Of a stretch of DNA of 42,797 bases, positions 9,578-17,627 are shown one piece after another. Under the pieces are notes generated by a model, which ran no database searches, was not told the origin of the DNA, and saw only the letters and a list, made by a program, of their open reading frames with translations. Source of the DNA: an uncultured Candidatus Saccharibacteria bacterium (GTDB lineage: Bacteria > Patescibacteriota > Minisyncoccia > Phycocordibacterales > Phycocordibacteraceae); contig CAZNVT010000004.1 in the NCBI GenBank assembly GCA_964577025.1, positions 1 to 42,797 of the forward strand. Reading direction: 5' to 3'. A program made the position numbers and the translations under genes. Position 1 is the first letter of the stretch, and each line of letters starts with the position of its first letter.

Positions 9578-9754
9578 CTACTTGCGCTTCGCAGGCTTGC
9601 GCTTGGTGGTCTTCTTTGCGGCCTTCTTTACAGTTTTCTTGGCTGCCTTCTTTACTGTCTTCTTAGCTGCCTTCTTTGCAACACGCTTCTTTGGTGCTGC
9701 CTTCTTTGCAACTTTCTTTACAGTCTTCTTTGCGGCCTTTTTCTTTGCTGCCAT
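9578..9754 (-). CDS. 58-aa Lys/Ala-rich histone-H1-like / nucleoid-associated basic protein
   Basis: Below the 60-aa cut-off of the ORF track. The minus strand runs from ATG 9754-9752 to TAG 9580-9578 and gives MAAKKKAAKKTVKKVAKKAAPKKRVAKKAAKKTVKKAAKKTVKKAAKKTTKRKPAKRK. It is co-oriented with its neighbours and has a terminator 23 nt downstream. The listed plus-strand ORF 9582-9779 (FFAAFF repeats) is its antisense shadow. Confidence 0.6.
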   Translation of the reverse strand: MAAKKKAAKKTVKKVAKKAAPKKRVAKKAAKKTVKKAAKKTVKKAAKKTTKRKPAKRK

Positions 9755-9911
9755 AGGTATCGCGATTGACTATGACTAATAGTGTCGACCCATCAGCAAG
9801 AATATTTAAGAAAACTTTCTCGTTGATGTGCTATTGATTATTATTACGCGCATTTGCAATTATTTTTTACACAAAAAAAATAATTGTGGATAACTTTTGC
9901 AAAAAATATTT

Positions 9912-10919
9912 TTATATTTTTTGCACTTCTCTTTCAATTCGTATGTGCGTTGCGTCAAAAACTTTTTCTTCAATCTCCTGCGCAAACTCATCTACTGCTT
10001 TCGCGGTTGCTCCGTGCTCTGCAACCAACACAAGTGGCTGATTACCATAGAGCGAGACCGAACCGTTTCGATAGCCGCGCAAGTGCAGAATATGATCCAA
10101 AATATATGCAAGGGGAATTTTCACTCCTGCCTGAACCGGAAAGCTTGGTAGTGAGCCGAACGCATTGCATAGCTCAAGAAAGGTATCGGAAGACACTATG
10201 GGATTCTTAAAGAAGGATCCTGCCGTCCCTACTTCTGCCAAGTTTGGAAACTTATGCGAACGTATCTCTCGCACGTGTTCCGCTATGCTGCGTGGAGTTT
10301 CTATGTCTTTACCATCTCGTTCGAGACTGCGCAGGTCGCTATACCCAAGCTGCGGACTTCCCTGCTTCGTAAACGAAAACGTAACAGCTGAAATTATAAG
10401 ATCACGATTGTGCTTGAATATGCTGTCTCGATAGGAGAACGCGCAGTCCGCTGACGCGTAGGTGCTCCACGTGTGTGTTTTGGCATTGTAAACCGTTGCC
10501 TCCACAAACATACTTTTGAGCTCTGCGCCGTACGCACCTATGTTTTGTACGGGAGCTGCTCCGACGGTTCCGGGAATTCCCGCCAGATTCTCAATACCCC
10601 ACAATCCCTTGCCGGTGACTGCGTCTACAAGCGACTCCCACGCAACGCCCGCCCCCGCAGTCACGAGCACGCGTTTTGTGTCTTCTTCATAACTAATACC
10701 CTGGATATCAATGCGCAGAACTGCGCCCGCAAACCCACTATCGTGTGCCAGCACGTTACTGCCACTACCAAGCACAACAAACGGTAGCGTATGCGCTTCA
10801 CAAAATGTTATTGCCTCTTCTACATCCGCCTTGGTGCTACAGGTAAGTACATACCGCGCAAGCCCACCGACCTTGAGGGTGGTGAGCTTGTACAGCGCGA
10901 CATTCTCTTGAATAGTCAT
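9912..10919 (-). CDS. murB: UDP-N-acetylenolpyruvoylglucosamine reductase
   Basis: 335 aa. It has the FAD-binding N-terminus (LKVGGLARYVL...FVVLGSGSNVL) and the MurB C-terminal domain (GSFFKNP, ...LIE...). Confidence 0.95.
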   Translation of the reverse strand: MTIQENVALYKLTTLKVGGLARYVLTCSTKADVEEAITFCEAHTLPFVVLGSGSNVLAHDSGFAGAVLRIDIQGISYEEDTKRVLVTAGAGVAWESLVDAVTGKGLWGIENLAGIPGTVGAAPVQNIGAYGAELKSMFVEATVYNAKTHTWSTYASADCAFSYRDSIFKHNRDLIISAVTFSFTKQGSPQLGYSDLRSLERDGKDIETPRSIAEHVREIRSHKFPNLAEVGTAGSFFKNPIVSSDTFLELCNAFGSLPSFPVQAGVKIPLAYILDHILHLRGYRNGSVSLYGNQPLVLVAEHGATAKAVDEFAQEIEEKVFDATHIRIEREVQKI

Positions 10920-10924
10920 TGCAA

Positions 10925-13105
10925 CTACTGAGGAATCTTTGCCATAAAGGCAGTTATCGTTTTTGCATCAGCTGGAAAGGCTGCGAGTGCCTCTTGTGCA
11001 ACAGCTCGTGCATCGGCATACCTGCCCTGCACCGCATACGCAGACGCGAGACGAAGGTATGAAGCAGTTGCAGGTACTTCCGTAATGCGAAGTCGCAGCG
11101 CCTTGTACAAGCGCTCATACTGCTTTGCTTGGTAGTAGCCTATGATAAGCGCTTCAGACTGCACATCGGTAGTTCCGTATGCGCTCAGCAATATAGCGTC
11201 ACCGGCAGCCAGGTTACCATTTGCAATTTCCCCTGCTGCAGCATAGCCTGCCAAATCAGTGAATGATGTGTCGAGCTGGTACAGCGCATTAAACACATCA
11301 CGTGCGGTTGCTATGTCTCCCGACTCCCAAAACTCAAACCCGCGCTCCAGAAGGATGGTTTGCTTCTTTGGTGACTCTTGGAGTGCAAGTGCGCTTTGTT
11401 CAAGAGATTTCTGGAAATCCCCTGCGACACGAAGCCCAACGGCATACTGTACTCGCAACCGCGCATCGTGTGGGGCCTTGGCCACTTCCTTTTGTATATT
11501 TGTAAGGGCAGCCGTGATAATTTCAGTTCGCAGTTCGGCGGGTACTTGCGTCCTCCCTGCCACAGCTCCTGCAAACGTCACAAACTGCTCCGCAACTTCC
11601 TGGGTACCGAATCCAGATTCTTTAGAAGCTTGAGTAAACAACTCGTACGCTTTATTAGCACTCGTTGCGTCTCCGTTTGTATGATCAGCATTAAGTGCCA
11701 CGACAATTGCGTGTGCTTGAGCAATGCTTGGAACATTCACCATCCATACGAGCGCAATTAGGAGCGCACCGGCAAGTGGCGCTACGACACTCTGCGCCAT
11801 AGCATCGGGTACTTCACCCGATCGTTCAAGAAATTTGAATGGTCGGTGATGAAGTGAGTGCGCAACAGCCAGGAGCGCAGCCAGCGGGATATAGCTCACC
11901 AGGTTATCGAACACGAAGATGGCCTGGAATGCATACGCGGCGAGCGCTGAAATTAGGAATATGCGCTCAGGTCGCGATACCGTCTTTCGGTAAAACGCGA
12001 GCACCGCACTACCCAGAATTCCGAGGAACAATAGGAGCGCTGGTATACCACCTGCAATAAGCCAATCAATATAAGTATTGTGAGCTCTATCGAACCACGG
12101 CTCTTGAGCAAAGAGTGGCGGGGTGTAGTACTTCTGGAATACATAGTTGAATCCCTCCTGGCCCCAGCCGAATACCGGACGCTCCACTACACCATTCATT
12201 GCCATACCCCAAAGCGTAAAGCGCGTAGCGCCATCTGCTGCAGAAATAGAAGACAAGCGCGCGAGTGTTGGATTGCCCTGGACAAACGGCGTACTTTTAA
12301 GCGCAAAGAATGCGCCCACGAAAAGAAGTAGACCGAGAAAGAGCCCTCCTGCGATAAGTCGCGCCTGTTTCTTCCCTGCCTCAAGCATCCACAAAACAGA
12401 ACCCAGACCAATTGCACCAAAGAGACCCAGAACCGCGCCGCGTGTTTCTGTAGAGAACAGAATAAATGCAGACACCGCAGCAAACGCCATAAGCGTATAG
12501 CGAAGCGCCCCCTTAGACTCAAATGCCTGCCAGAGTGACACCGCTGTAGCAAAGAGCATATACACCGCAAGGTACGCAGCGTTACCTATTGTTGCGTCCA
12601 CACGGGCCCCTCCCTGATGAATGTCTGCCATTCCTGCAAGTTGGAACAAGCTGTATACCGCCACAAGCGCGCTTCCCGAAAGAAAGAACATCCACCACCT
12701 GCGCCACAGCTTGTCTACCGTAAGGACACTGCCGAGGATCACAAAGAATACAAAGACGTGAATGAGCGTCACGTACCCGTCCATACGCTCGAAGTTGCTC
12801 CAAAACGCCTTGTGCGAGTTTGTCGCAAGCAGGTCTGCAACAAACATCCATACAGCAAGCCCGCCATACAGCACCATTGTCCAGGAAAACTGCGGGCGGT
12901 AGCGTTTATCGATGCAGGCCAAGAGGACATAGCCCGCGAGTGCAATCTCTACGAGTATTCTAAACAAAAACCCCTTCCCCGAAATAAACGGAAAAAAGAG
13001 GTCGTTTGCGACATACAGAGGAATAAATGGGACAACAAAAAGCGGGATAAGCACCGCGTACCGGGCAATCGATTTCAGGGTCATAATAGGGATAGTATAT
13101 AGCAC
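10925..13105 (-). CDS. O-antigen ligase / O-oligosaccharyltransferase family (Wzy_C) polytopic membrane protein with C-terminal TPR-like domain
   Basis: 726 aa with about 12 hydrophobic spans. It has the Wzy_C hallmarks STETRGAVLG, VFGWGQEGF and RAHNTYIDWLIAGG. The C-terminal ~270 aa is soluble and helical-repeat-like (AxxYY..A). Confidence 0.85.
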   Translation of the reverse strand: MLYTIPIMTLKSIARYAVLIPLFVVPFIPLYVANDLFFPFISGKGFLFRILVEIALAGYVLLACIDKRYRPQFSWTMVLYGGLAVWMFVADLLATNSHKAFWSNFERMDGYVTLIHVFVFFVILGSVLTVDKLWRRWWMFFLSGSALVAVYSLFQLAGMADIHQGGARVDATIGNAAYLAVYMLFATAVSLWQAFESKGALRYTLMAFAAVSAFILFSTETRGAVLGLFGAIGLGSVLWMLEAGKKQARLIAGGLFLGLLLFVGAFFALKSTPFVQGNPTLARLSSISAADGATRFTLWGMAMNGVVERPVFGWGQEGFNYVFQKYYTPPLFAQEPWFDRAHNTYIDWLIAGGIPALLLFLGILGSAVLAFYRKTVSRPERIFLISALAAYAFQAIFVFDNLVSYIPLAALLAVAHSLHHRPFKFLERSGEVPDAMAQSVVAPLAGALLIALVWMVNVPSIAQAHAIVVALNADHTNGDATSANKAYELFTQASKESGFGTQEVAEQFVTFAGAVAGRTQVPAELRTEIITAALTNIQKEVAKAPHDARLRVQYAVGLRVAGDFQKSLEQSALALQESPKKQTILLERGFEFWESGDIATARDVFNALYQLDTSFTDLAGYAAAGEIANGNLAAGDAILLSAYGTTDVQSEALIIGYYQAKQYERLYKALRLRITEVPATASYLRLASAYAVQGRYADARAVAQEALAAFPADAKTITAFMAKIPQ

Positions 13106-13145
13106 CCTACACGCTCCCGGTAGCTTTTTACTCCCTCTCGTTACG

Positions 13146-14300
13146 CTACCACTTGAGCGCTTCTTCGGGCAAAAACGTGTCTTCTTCTACCGTTTTGCGA
13201 GCAACTTTACCAACAAGTGAAGTAAGTTTCGTCGGCGAAATGCCATTTCCAGGACTTTTAACCGTAAGGTCGCTCCGCTCAATAGTCTTTCCTTCTGGTA
13301 TGGTGCGCTTGGCTACCACACTCTTTGCGAGTTTCTCGCGAAGCGGTAAAAGCTCGTCGTACAGTATCTTCTCTGGTTTACCAAGAATGACCTCAATCCT
13401 CCTGATGTTGTCTACCAGTTCTTTAAGATCGTTTGGCGTAAGGGACGCAGCATGATCTGACCCCTTCATTGAACGATCGAGGGTGAGGTGGCGCTCAACC
13501 GCAACAGCTCCGCGAGACACCGCCACAAGCGTTGGAAGCAAATCTGGTTCGTGACCAGAGTAGCCCACGGGAATAGGCGCAAATCTTCGCGCGAGAACGT
13601 CCTGATATGCAATGTTCAATTTATCTTCGGGGGCTGGGTACAAGGACAGACAGTGGAACAAAATGATTTTCTTCGTTAGCGGGAGCATTGTCTCGACTGC
13701 GAGCGTTATCTCTTCTTCGCTCGACATTCCGGTTGAGAGAAGTACGGGCTTCCCTTTCTGAGCAACATACTCTAGTAGTGGCAGGTTCGAGAGATCTGCA
13801 CTTGGAATCTTGTACGCATCTGTACCAAGGCGCTCCATAAGGTCGGCACTTGGCTGATCCCATACACTTGCAAAAAAGAGAACTTTTTTTTCTGCAGAAT
13901 ATGCGATAAGTTCTCGATACTGTTCTTCTGAGAATTCAAGCTTGTCCCGGTGCGCACCGTATGTTTCAGCATATGCGTGAGGCGATGTGTACGGCTTGTC
14001 TCTACCCTCCTTAGTAAGGAGGTCCTCCGTGCTTCGCTTTTGGAACTTTACCGCGTCCGCTCCCGCGTCCTTGGCAGCATCAATCAGCTGTTTTGCCTGT
14101 TCAAGACTGCCGTTATGATTGAGTCCGATTTCCGCGATGATGAACACTGGCTCGCCAGCACCCACATACTGCCTGCCGATTTTGACTCGAGATGCTGCCG
14201 TTCCTAGTAACTTCTGCCAAGCCTGCGAAAGGGAGTGTGTGAGCTTCATAGTAGATATAACTATAGTATACCTAGGAGAGTTTCGGACAAGTGCGGGCAC
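13146..14300 (-). CDS. NeuB-family nonulosonic acid (N-acylneuraminate / KDN-9-P type) synthase with C-terminal SAF domain
   Basis: VKIGRQYVGAGEPVFIIAEIGLNHNGSLEQAKQLIDAAKDAGADAVKFQKR is the NeuB signature. The C-terminal KRTIPEGKTIERSDLTVKSPGNGISP is SAF-like. The ORF-track start at 14300 is GTG. ATG 14249 (MKLTH...) is an equally plausible start. Confidence 0.9.
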   Translation of the reverse strand: MPALVRNSPRYTIVISTMKLTHSLSQAWQKLLGTAASRVKIGRQYVGAGEPVFIIAEIGLNHNGSLEQAKQLIDAAKDAGADAVKFQKRSTEDLLTKEGRDKPYTSPHAYAETYGAHRDKLEFSEEQYRELIAYSAEKKVLFFASVWDQPSADLMERLGTDAYKIPSADLSNLPLLEYVAQKGKPVLLSTGMSSEEEITLAVETMLPLTKKIILFHCLSLYPAPEDKLNIAYQDVLARRFAPIPVGYSGHEPDLLPTLVAVSRGAVAVERHLTLDRSMKGSDHAASLTPNDLKELVDNIRRIEVILGKPEKILYDELLPLREKLAKSVVAKRTIPEGKTIERSDLTVKSPGNGISPTKLTSLVGKVARKTVEEDTFLPEEALKW

Positions 14301-14327
14301 AGATATACAACCTAACCGCGCCCCCGC

Positions 14328-15494
14328 CTAGTGAGATTCTGCGTCTTTGTACGCAACTTCGAGCTTGCCGTGGGTATCTGGGAACCGAGCTACCGTAAAG
14401 TTCCCGTACGGCTTAGATGAGCCCTGGTGCAGCGCAGCCACGGTCAGAGTACTCGCTCCAGGGGACGGAAGCTTAATAAGAATGTCTGAGTCCTTATACT
14501 GCTCTGGGTACTTTTCCGAGAGAGTGCGTGACAGTAGCGATGAGGTCTTTGCACTGCTGCCTGTAGCTGAGAGCACAAACATAAAGCTTGCAATAAAGAG
14601 ATGCTCCAATCCAAAGTGCCGAAGCACTCCAAGGAATGTTTGCCATTTCTTAGTATAGAAAGCTCCACCTTTTTGCGGACCAAACAAGTACGCAGCAGCT
14701 TCTTTGCAACGCGGATATAGTGCAACGGGGTCTCGATAGGTCGTATACGGAATAAAGAGCTTTTGAATTGCAAGGCCCTGTTGCGCGAATAGTTTCTTGA
14801 AGCCAAAAAACGAATAGATGTATGTACGGTAGTCCTCGTGCCCTCTTCGTTTTGCATACCACCTTGCAAGTGGGCGTGGAAGAAATACGGTGTATGGAAG
14901 CTTTGAGTGCGGGTCCCGGGCCCACCAGCCAGGAAATAATCTATTCTCTATGCCGATATATATCTTCCCTCCTGGCTTTAGTACTCGCTTTATTTCACGT
15001 AGTAGAAATGCCTGGATCTCACGCGGGTCTTCTTTGTCGCCTGATAGACCAACCCACTCCAGCACTCCGTTTAAGATGACAAGATCATACGATGCGTCGG
15101 CAAATGGCAATGCGCCACTGCCGAGCGGATCTACATGAACAAAAGAGATGTTGTCTCGTCCCTTTTCAATTGCACGAATCCGCGACAGCTCAAGCAATTC
15201 GCGCGACGCATCTACTGCAGTCACCTGTTCATAATGATATGAGAGAGGGATGGTGACGTTTCCGTAGCCTGAACCGAGATCAAGAATCTCCGCATTCTTT
15301 GGGGTCGTCAAAAAGAAATGGAAGTCCGCCCGACTAAAATCGTCTGCGTAATCAAAGCGTCCAGTAAACTTAAACGTTGTTCTGGCTTTATCAAATCCTT
15401 CACTCCTGGCAGCCTCTACAAATCGCTGCATTTCTTCTCGTGGAAGTATTCCCCAATAGAAATCCTTTGTAGCCCGCTCGAGTATATCGGTCAT
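14328..15494 (-). CDS. Class I SAM-dependent methyltransferase (388 aa, extended C-terminal domain)
   Basis: It has motif I ILDLGSGYGNVT, the post-I motif AVDAS and LKPGGKIYIG. The C-terminal ~170 aa has no recognisable family. Confidence 0.8.
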   Translation of the reverse strand: MTDILERATKDFYWGILPREEMQRFVEAARSEGFDKARTTFKFTGRFDYADDFSRADFHFFLTTPKNAEILDLGSGYGNVTIPLSYHYEQVTAVDASRELLELSRIRAIEKGRDNISFVHVDPLGSGALPFADASYDLVILNGVLEWVGLSGDKEDPREIQAFLLREIKRVLKPGGKIYIGIENRLFPGWWARDPHSKLPYTVFLPRPLARWYAKRRGHEDYRTYIYSFFGFKKLFAQQGLAIQKLFIPYTTYRDPVALYPRCKEAAAYLFGPQKGGAFYTKKWQTFLGVLRHFGLEHLFIASFMFVLSATGSSAKTSSLLSRTLSEKYPEQYKDSDILIKLPSPGASTLTVAALHQGSSKPYGNFTVARFPDTHGKLEVAYKDAESH

Positions 15495-15497
15495 GAA

Positions 15498-16049
15498 TTA
15501 TGTGCGTGAAAGTGTTTCTAAATCTATCTCTTTTGCCTCAAGGATAGCGTTAGCAAGATCGCGAACAGCACCGTCTCCGCCGCGACGTGTAGCGACAAAG
15601 TCCGCTGCCCTTTTAACCGACTCTTCTGCTTGTATTGGGGCGGCAGAGAACCCTACCTGCCGGAACACCGCCAAGTCTGCAATATCGTCTCCCATATACG
15701 CACAGTCAGCCAGAGTGAGTCCGTGCGAAGCGAGCCACCCAGTAAGCGCAGCTACTTTATCCTTACCCTCCTCTCCTGTAAAAATGGCAATTTCATGCCA
15801 GCTGCCCGAGGTCACCGAAGGAAGGTTGTTCAACTTGTCACCCAAATATTCTAGGAATCCCGCTTTTTCACTTGAGATAAAAGCGATTGGTATCCCGGCT
15901 GCGCGCAGATACGAAATTCCTTGTCCATCAATATGACTGCGCGTGCGTAGGTACTCCCCGTCCCTTGGATGAACAAGCACCGACTCTCCAAACAGCACTC
16001 CGAGTGAGTCAAGAGCCACAGCACGCACGCTTCCTATAGGAGTACTCAT
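15498..16049 (-). CDS. KdsC/YrbI-type (C0 HAD) sugar-acid phosphate phosphatase homologue with degenerate motif I
   Basis: 183 aa. It has HIDGQGISYLRAAGIPIAFISS, AYMGDDIADLAVFRQVGFSAAP and RRGGDGAVRD, as in KdsC / KDN-9-P phosphatase. Motif I reads LDSLGVL instead of DxDGVL. The start forms an ATGA overlap with the upstream stop (16046-16049). Confidence 0.8.
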   Translation of the reverse strand: MSTPIGSVRAVALDSLGVLFGESVLVHPRDGEYLRTRSHIDGQGISYLRAAGIPIAFISSEKAGFLEYLGDKLNNLPSVTSGSWHEIAIFTGEEGKDKVAALTGWLASHGLTLADCAYMGDDIADLAVFRQVGFSAAPIQAEESVKRAADFVATRRGGDGAVRDLANAILEAKEIDLETLSRT

Positions 16050-16804
16050 ACCTCTCGCTTAGCAAGAACCATTTCGTACCGTTCCCAATCTGCCATGGTG
16101 TTAATACCACTTAAAGGATTTTCGAGAATAAGTGGAAGAATTGCGTCCCCGGTCATTCTTCCTTTTTCCTGCAGCGTGCGTCGCCACGCGACATCTACAT
16201 ATCCCACGTGCTTGTAACCTTTGGGCAGTTGTTGCTCAGGCAAGTTAAATGATTCTGGTACCCCAGGAATAGTGAGGAGTGGAGTCAAAAATCCGTTCTC
16301 TTCTATACGGTACATCTTGTACGGGTTTTGCTCAGGCAATGCTACGGTTCGAACCGAGTCCGCTTCTGGGTGAGTGGCTAGAAGTTCTATAGCAGCGTCA
16401 ATATCTTCTACGGTACGAAGTGGAGAGGTTGGTCGCAACTGTACGATGATGTCTGGTTCCCACTGGTCGTGCTCTTTGAGCCAATCGAGCGCATGCAAAA
16501 AAACTGGGTAATCGGTGGTAGTGTCTTCGGCGAGCTCGGCGGGACGAAGAAACGGCACTTCAGAGCCAAGGCCACTAGCAACGTCGGCTATTTCTTGATC
16601 GTCTGTTGAGGTAATAAGTCGGTCGATGTACTTGGACTTCTTTGCTTCTTCTATGGAATAGGCAATGAGTGGCTTCCCTGCAAGTTCCTTAATATTTTTT
16701 TTTGGAATTCTCTTTGAACCTCCGCGCGCAAGGATGAGCGCGAATACAGTGTGACGATTTATCATGCGGCCATGATAGCATGCCAGTTGCAGCTTGACTG
16801 ACAT
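16046..16804 (-). CDS. Acylneuraminate (CMP-nonulosonate) cytidylyltransferase
   Basis: FALILARGGSKRIPKKNIKELAGKPLIAYSIEEA is the NeuA/CMP-NeuAc synthetase signature. An alternative ATG at 16765 (MINRHTVFAL...) fits family N-termini better. Confidence 0.9.
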   Translation of the reverse strand: MSVKLQLACYHGRMINRHTVFALILARGGSKRIPKKNIKELAGKPLIAYSIEEAKKSKYIDRLITSTDDQEIADVASGLGSEVPFLRPAELAEDTTTDYPVFLHALDWLKEHDQWEPDIIVQLRPTSPLRTVEDIDAAIELLATHPEADSVRTVALPEQNPYKMYRIEENGFLTPLLTIPGVPESFNLPEQQLPKGYKHVGYVDVAWRRTLQEKGRMTGDAILPLILENPLSGINTMADWERYEMVLAKREV

Positions 16805-16858
16805 ACATAGACGTGTTAATATTTTTCGGGTCGAAATTCAGCACTTAAGGAGATCGTC

Positions 16859-17548
16859 ATGGCCGCACCCAGCGCCTTCCCTTCGCAGTGGGTCCATAAC
16901 CCGCTCGGATGGATGAACCAATTCGAGTACTTCTTGAACATGTACCAGCGGATCGCGAAAGTCTCAGGCGACATTGTCGAGTGTGGGCTTGGTGAAGGAA
17001 ACACCTTCCTTATGCTGGCCTACCTCGCCGGCAGAGAAAACGTCGAGCGCCCACGAACGCTTCGTGGATTCGATTCGTTCGAAGGATGGCCAGCACCTGC
17101 CCCGTGCGATCAGTCCTGGCGCAACCCACAGAAAGGTGAATGGGCCGTGTTGCGCGAAACAGTGGAGGGCGTTCTTTCCGATGCAAAAATCGCCAAGAAA
17201 TTCCCGAATCTGTCGGTCATAATTACCCAGGGCTTCTTGTGTGATTCACTACCAAAGGAGGCGAACAAAGACTACTCGATCGCGTTTCTCCATCTAGACC
17301 TCGACCTCTACGATGGGTACCGCGATGCACTCATTCACCTGTGGCCTCTCGTGTCACCAGGCGGCGTGGTCTGTTTTGACGAGTACAAGGAGTTCTCGTC
17401 AAAATGCCCGACCGAGGAAAAGTGGCCGGGAGCTACAAAGGCAATCGACGAGTTCTTTTCCTCACTCAGCGGTAAGCAGCGTAACCCGCTCAGATACTAT
17501 CCGCTCACAAAGAAGTACTTTGTGGTGAAGGATCGCATACCGCTCTAG
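16859..17548 (+). CDS. TylF/MycF-family (macrocin-type) sugar O-methyltransferase, copy 1
   Basis: 229 aa. It has GDIVECGLGEGNTFL, GFDSFEGWPAP, FLHLDLDLYDGYRDAL and PGGVVCFDEY, as in TylF-type MTases. An AAGGAG at 16846-16851 lies 7 nt upstream of the ATG. Confidence 0.85.
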   Translation: MAAPSAFPSQWVHNPLGWMNQFEYFLNMYQRIAKVSGDIVECGLGEGNTFLMLAYLAGRENVERPRTLRGFDSFEGWPAPAPCDQSWRNPQKGEWAVLRETVEGVLSDAKIAKKFPNLSVIITQGFLCDSLPKEANKDYSIAFLHLDLDLYDGYRDALIHLWPLVSPGGVVCFDEYKEFSSKCPTEEKWPGATKAIDEFFSSLSGKQRNPLRYYPLTKKYFVVKDRIPL

Positions 17549-17561
17549 CGAGAGCTGTACT

Positions 17562-17607
17562 GACCGAATCTTCTGGCCCAGATGCCAGACGGTTCGGTCT
17601 TTTTTTA
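17562..17607 (+). terminator. Intrinsic terminator in the convergent gap after the plus-strand TylF gene
   Basis: Outer stem GACCGAA (17562-17568) / TTCGGTC (17593-17599) encloses the inner stem TCTGGC/GCCAGA. It is followed by TTTTTTTA. Confidence 0.6.
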
Positions 17608-17627
17608 TTCCCGTGGCTATAAGCCAC

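Noticed and set aside
9582-9779. 65-aa plus-strand ORF encoding FFAAFFTVFLAAFF repeats
   Set aside because: It is the reverse complement of a perfectly periodic KKAAKK coding repeat on the minus strand, which has an ATG, a stop and a downstream terminator. The minus-strand reading is preferred.
11259-13102. Several 60-160-aa plus-strand ORFs inside the O-antigen-ligase gene; likewise 33038-33541, 35328-35864, 38405-39004 and 40412-40981 inside other genes
   Set aside because: All are antisense to long, motif-supported minus-strand genes. They are Arg/Ser/Cys-rich with no domain signatures, so they are shadow ORFs.
16859-17548. Horizontal acquisition of TylF copy 1 inferred from elevated GC
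   Set aside because: My hand count (about 58% against about 50%) covers only five 60-nt lines, and other genes also show local lines above 60%. That is not enough to claim foreign origin, so it is kept only as a note inside the tailoring-islet finding.
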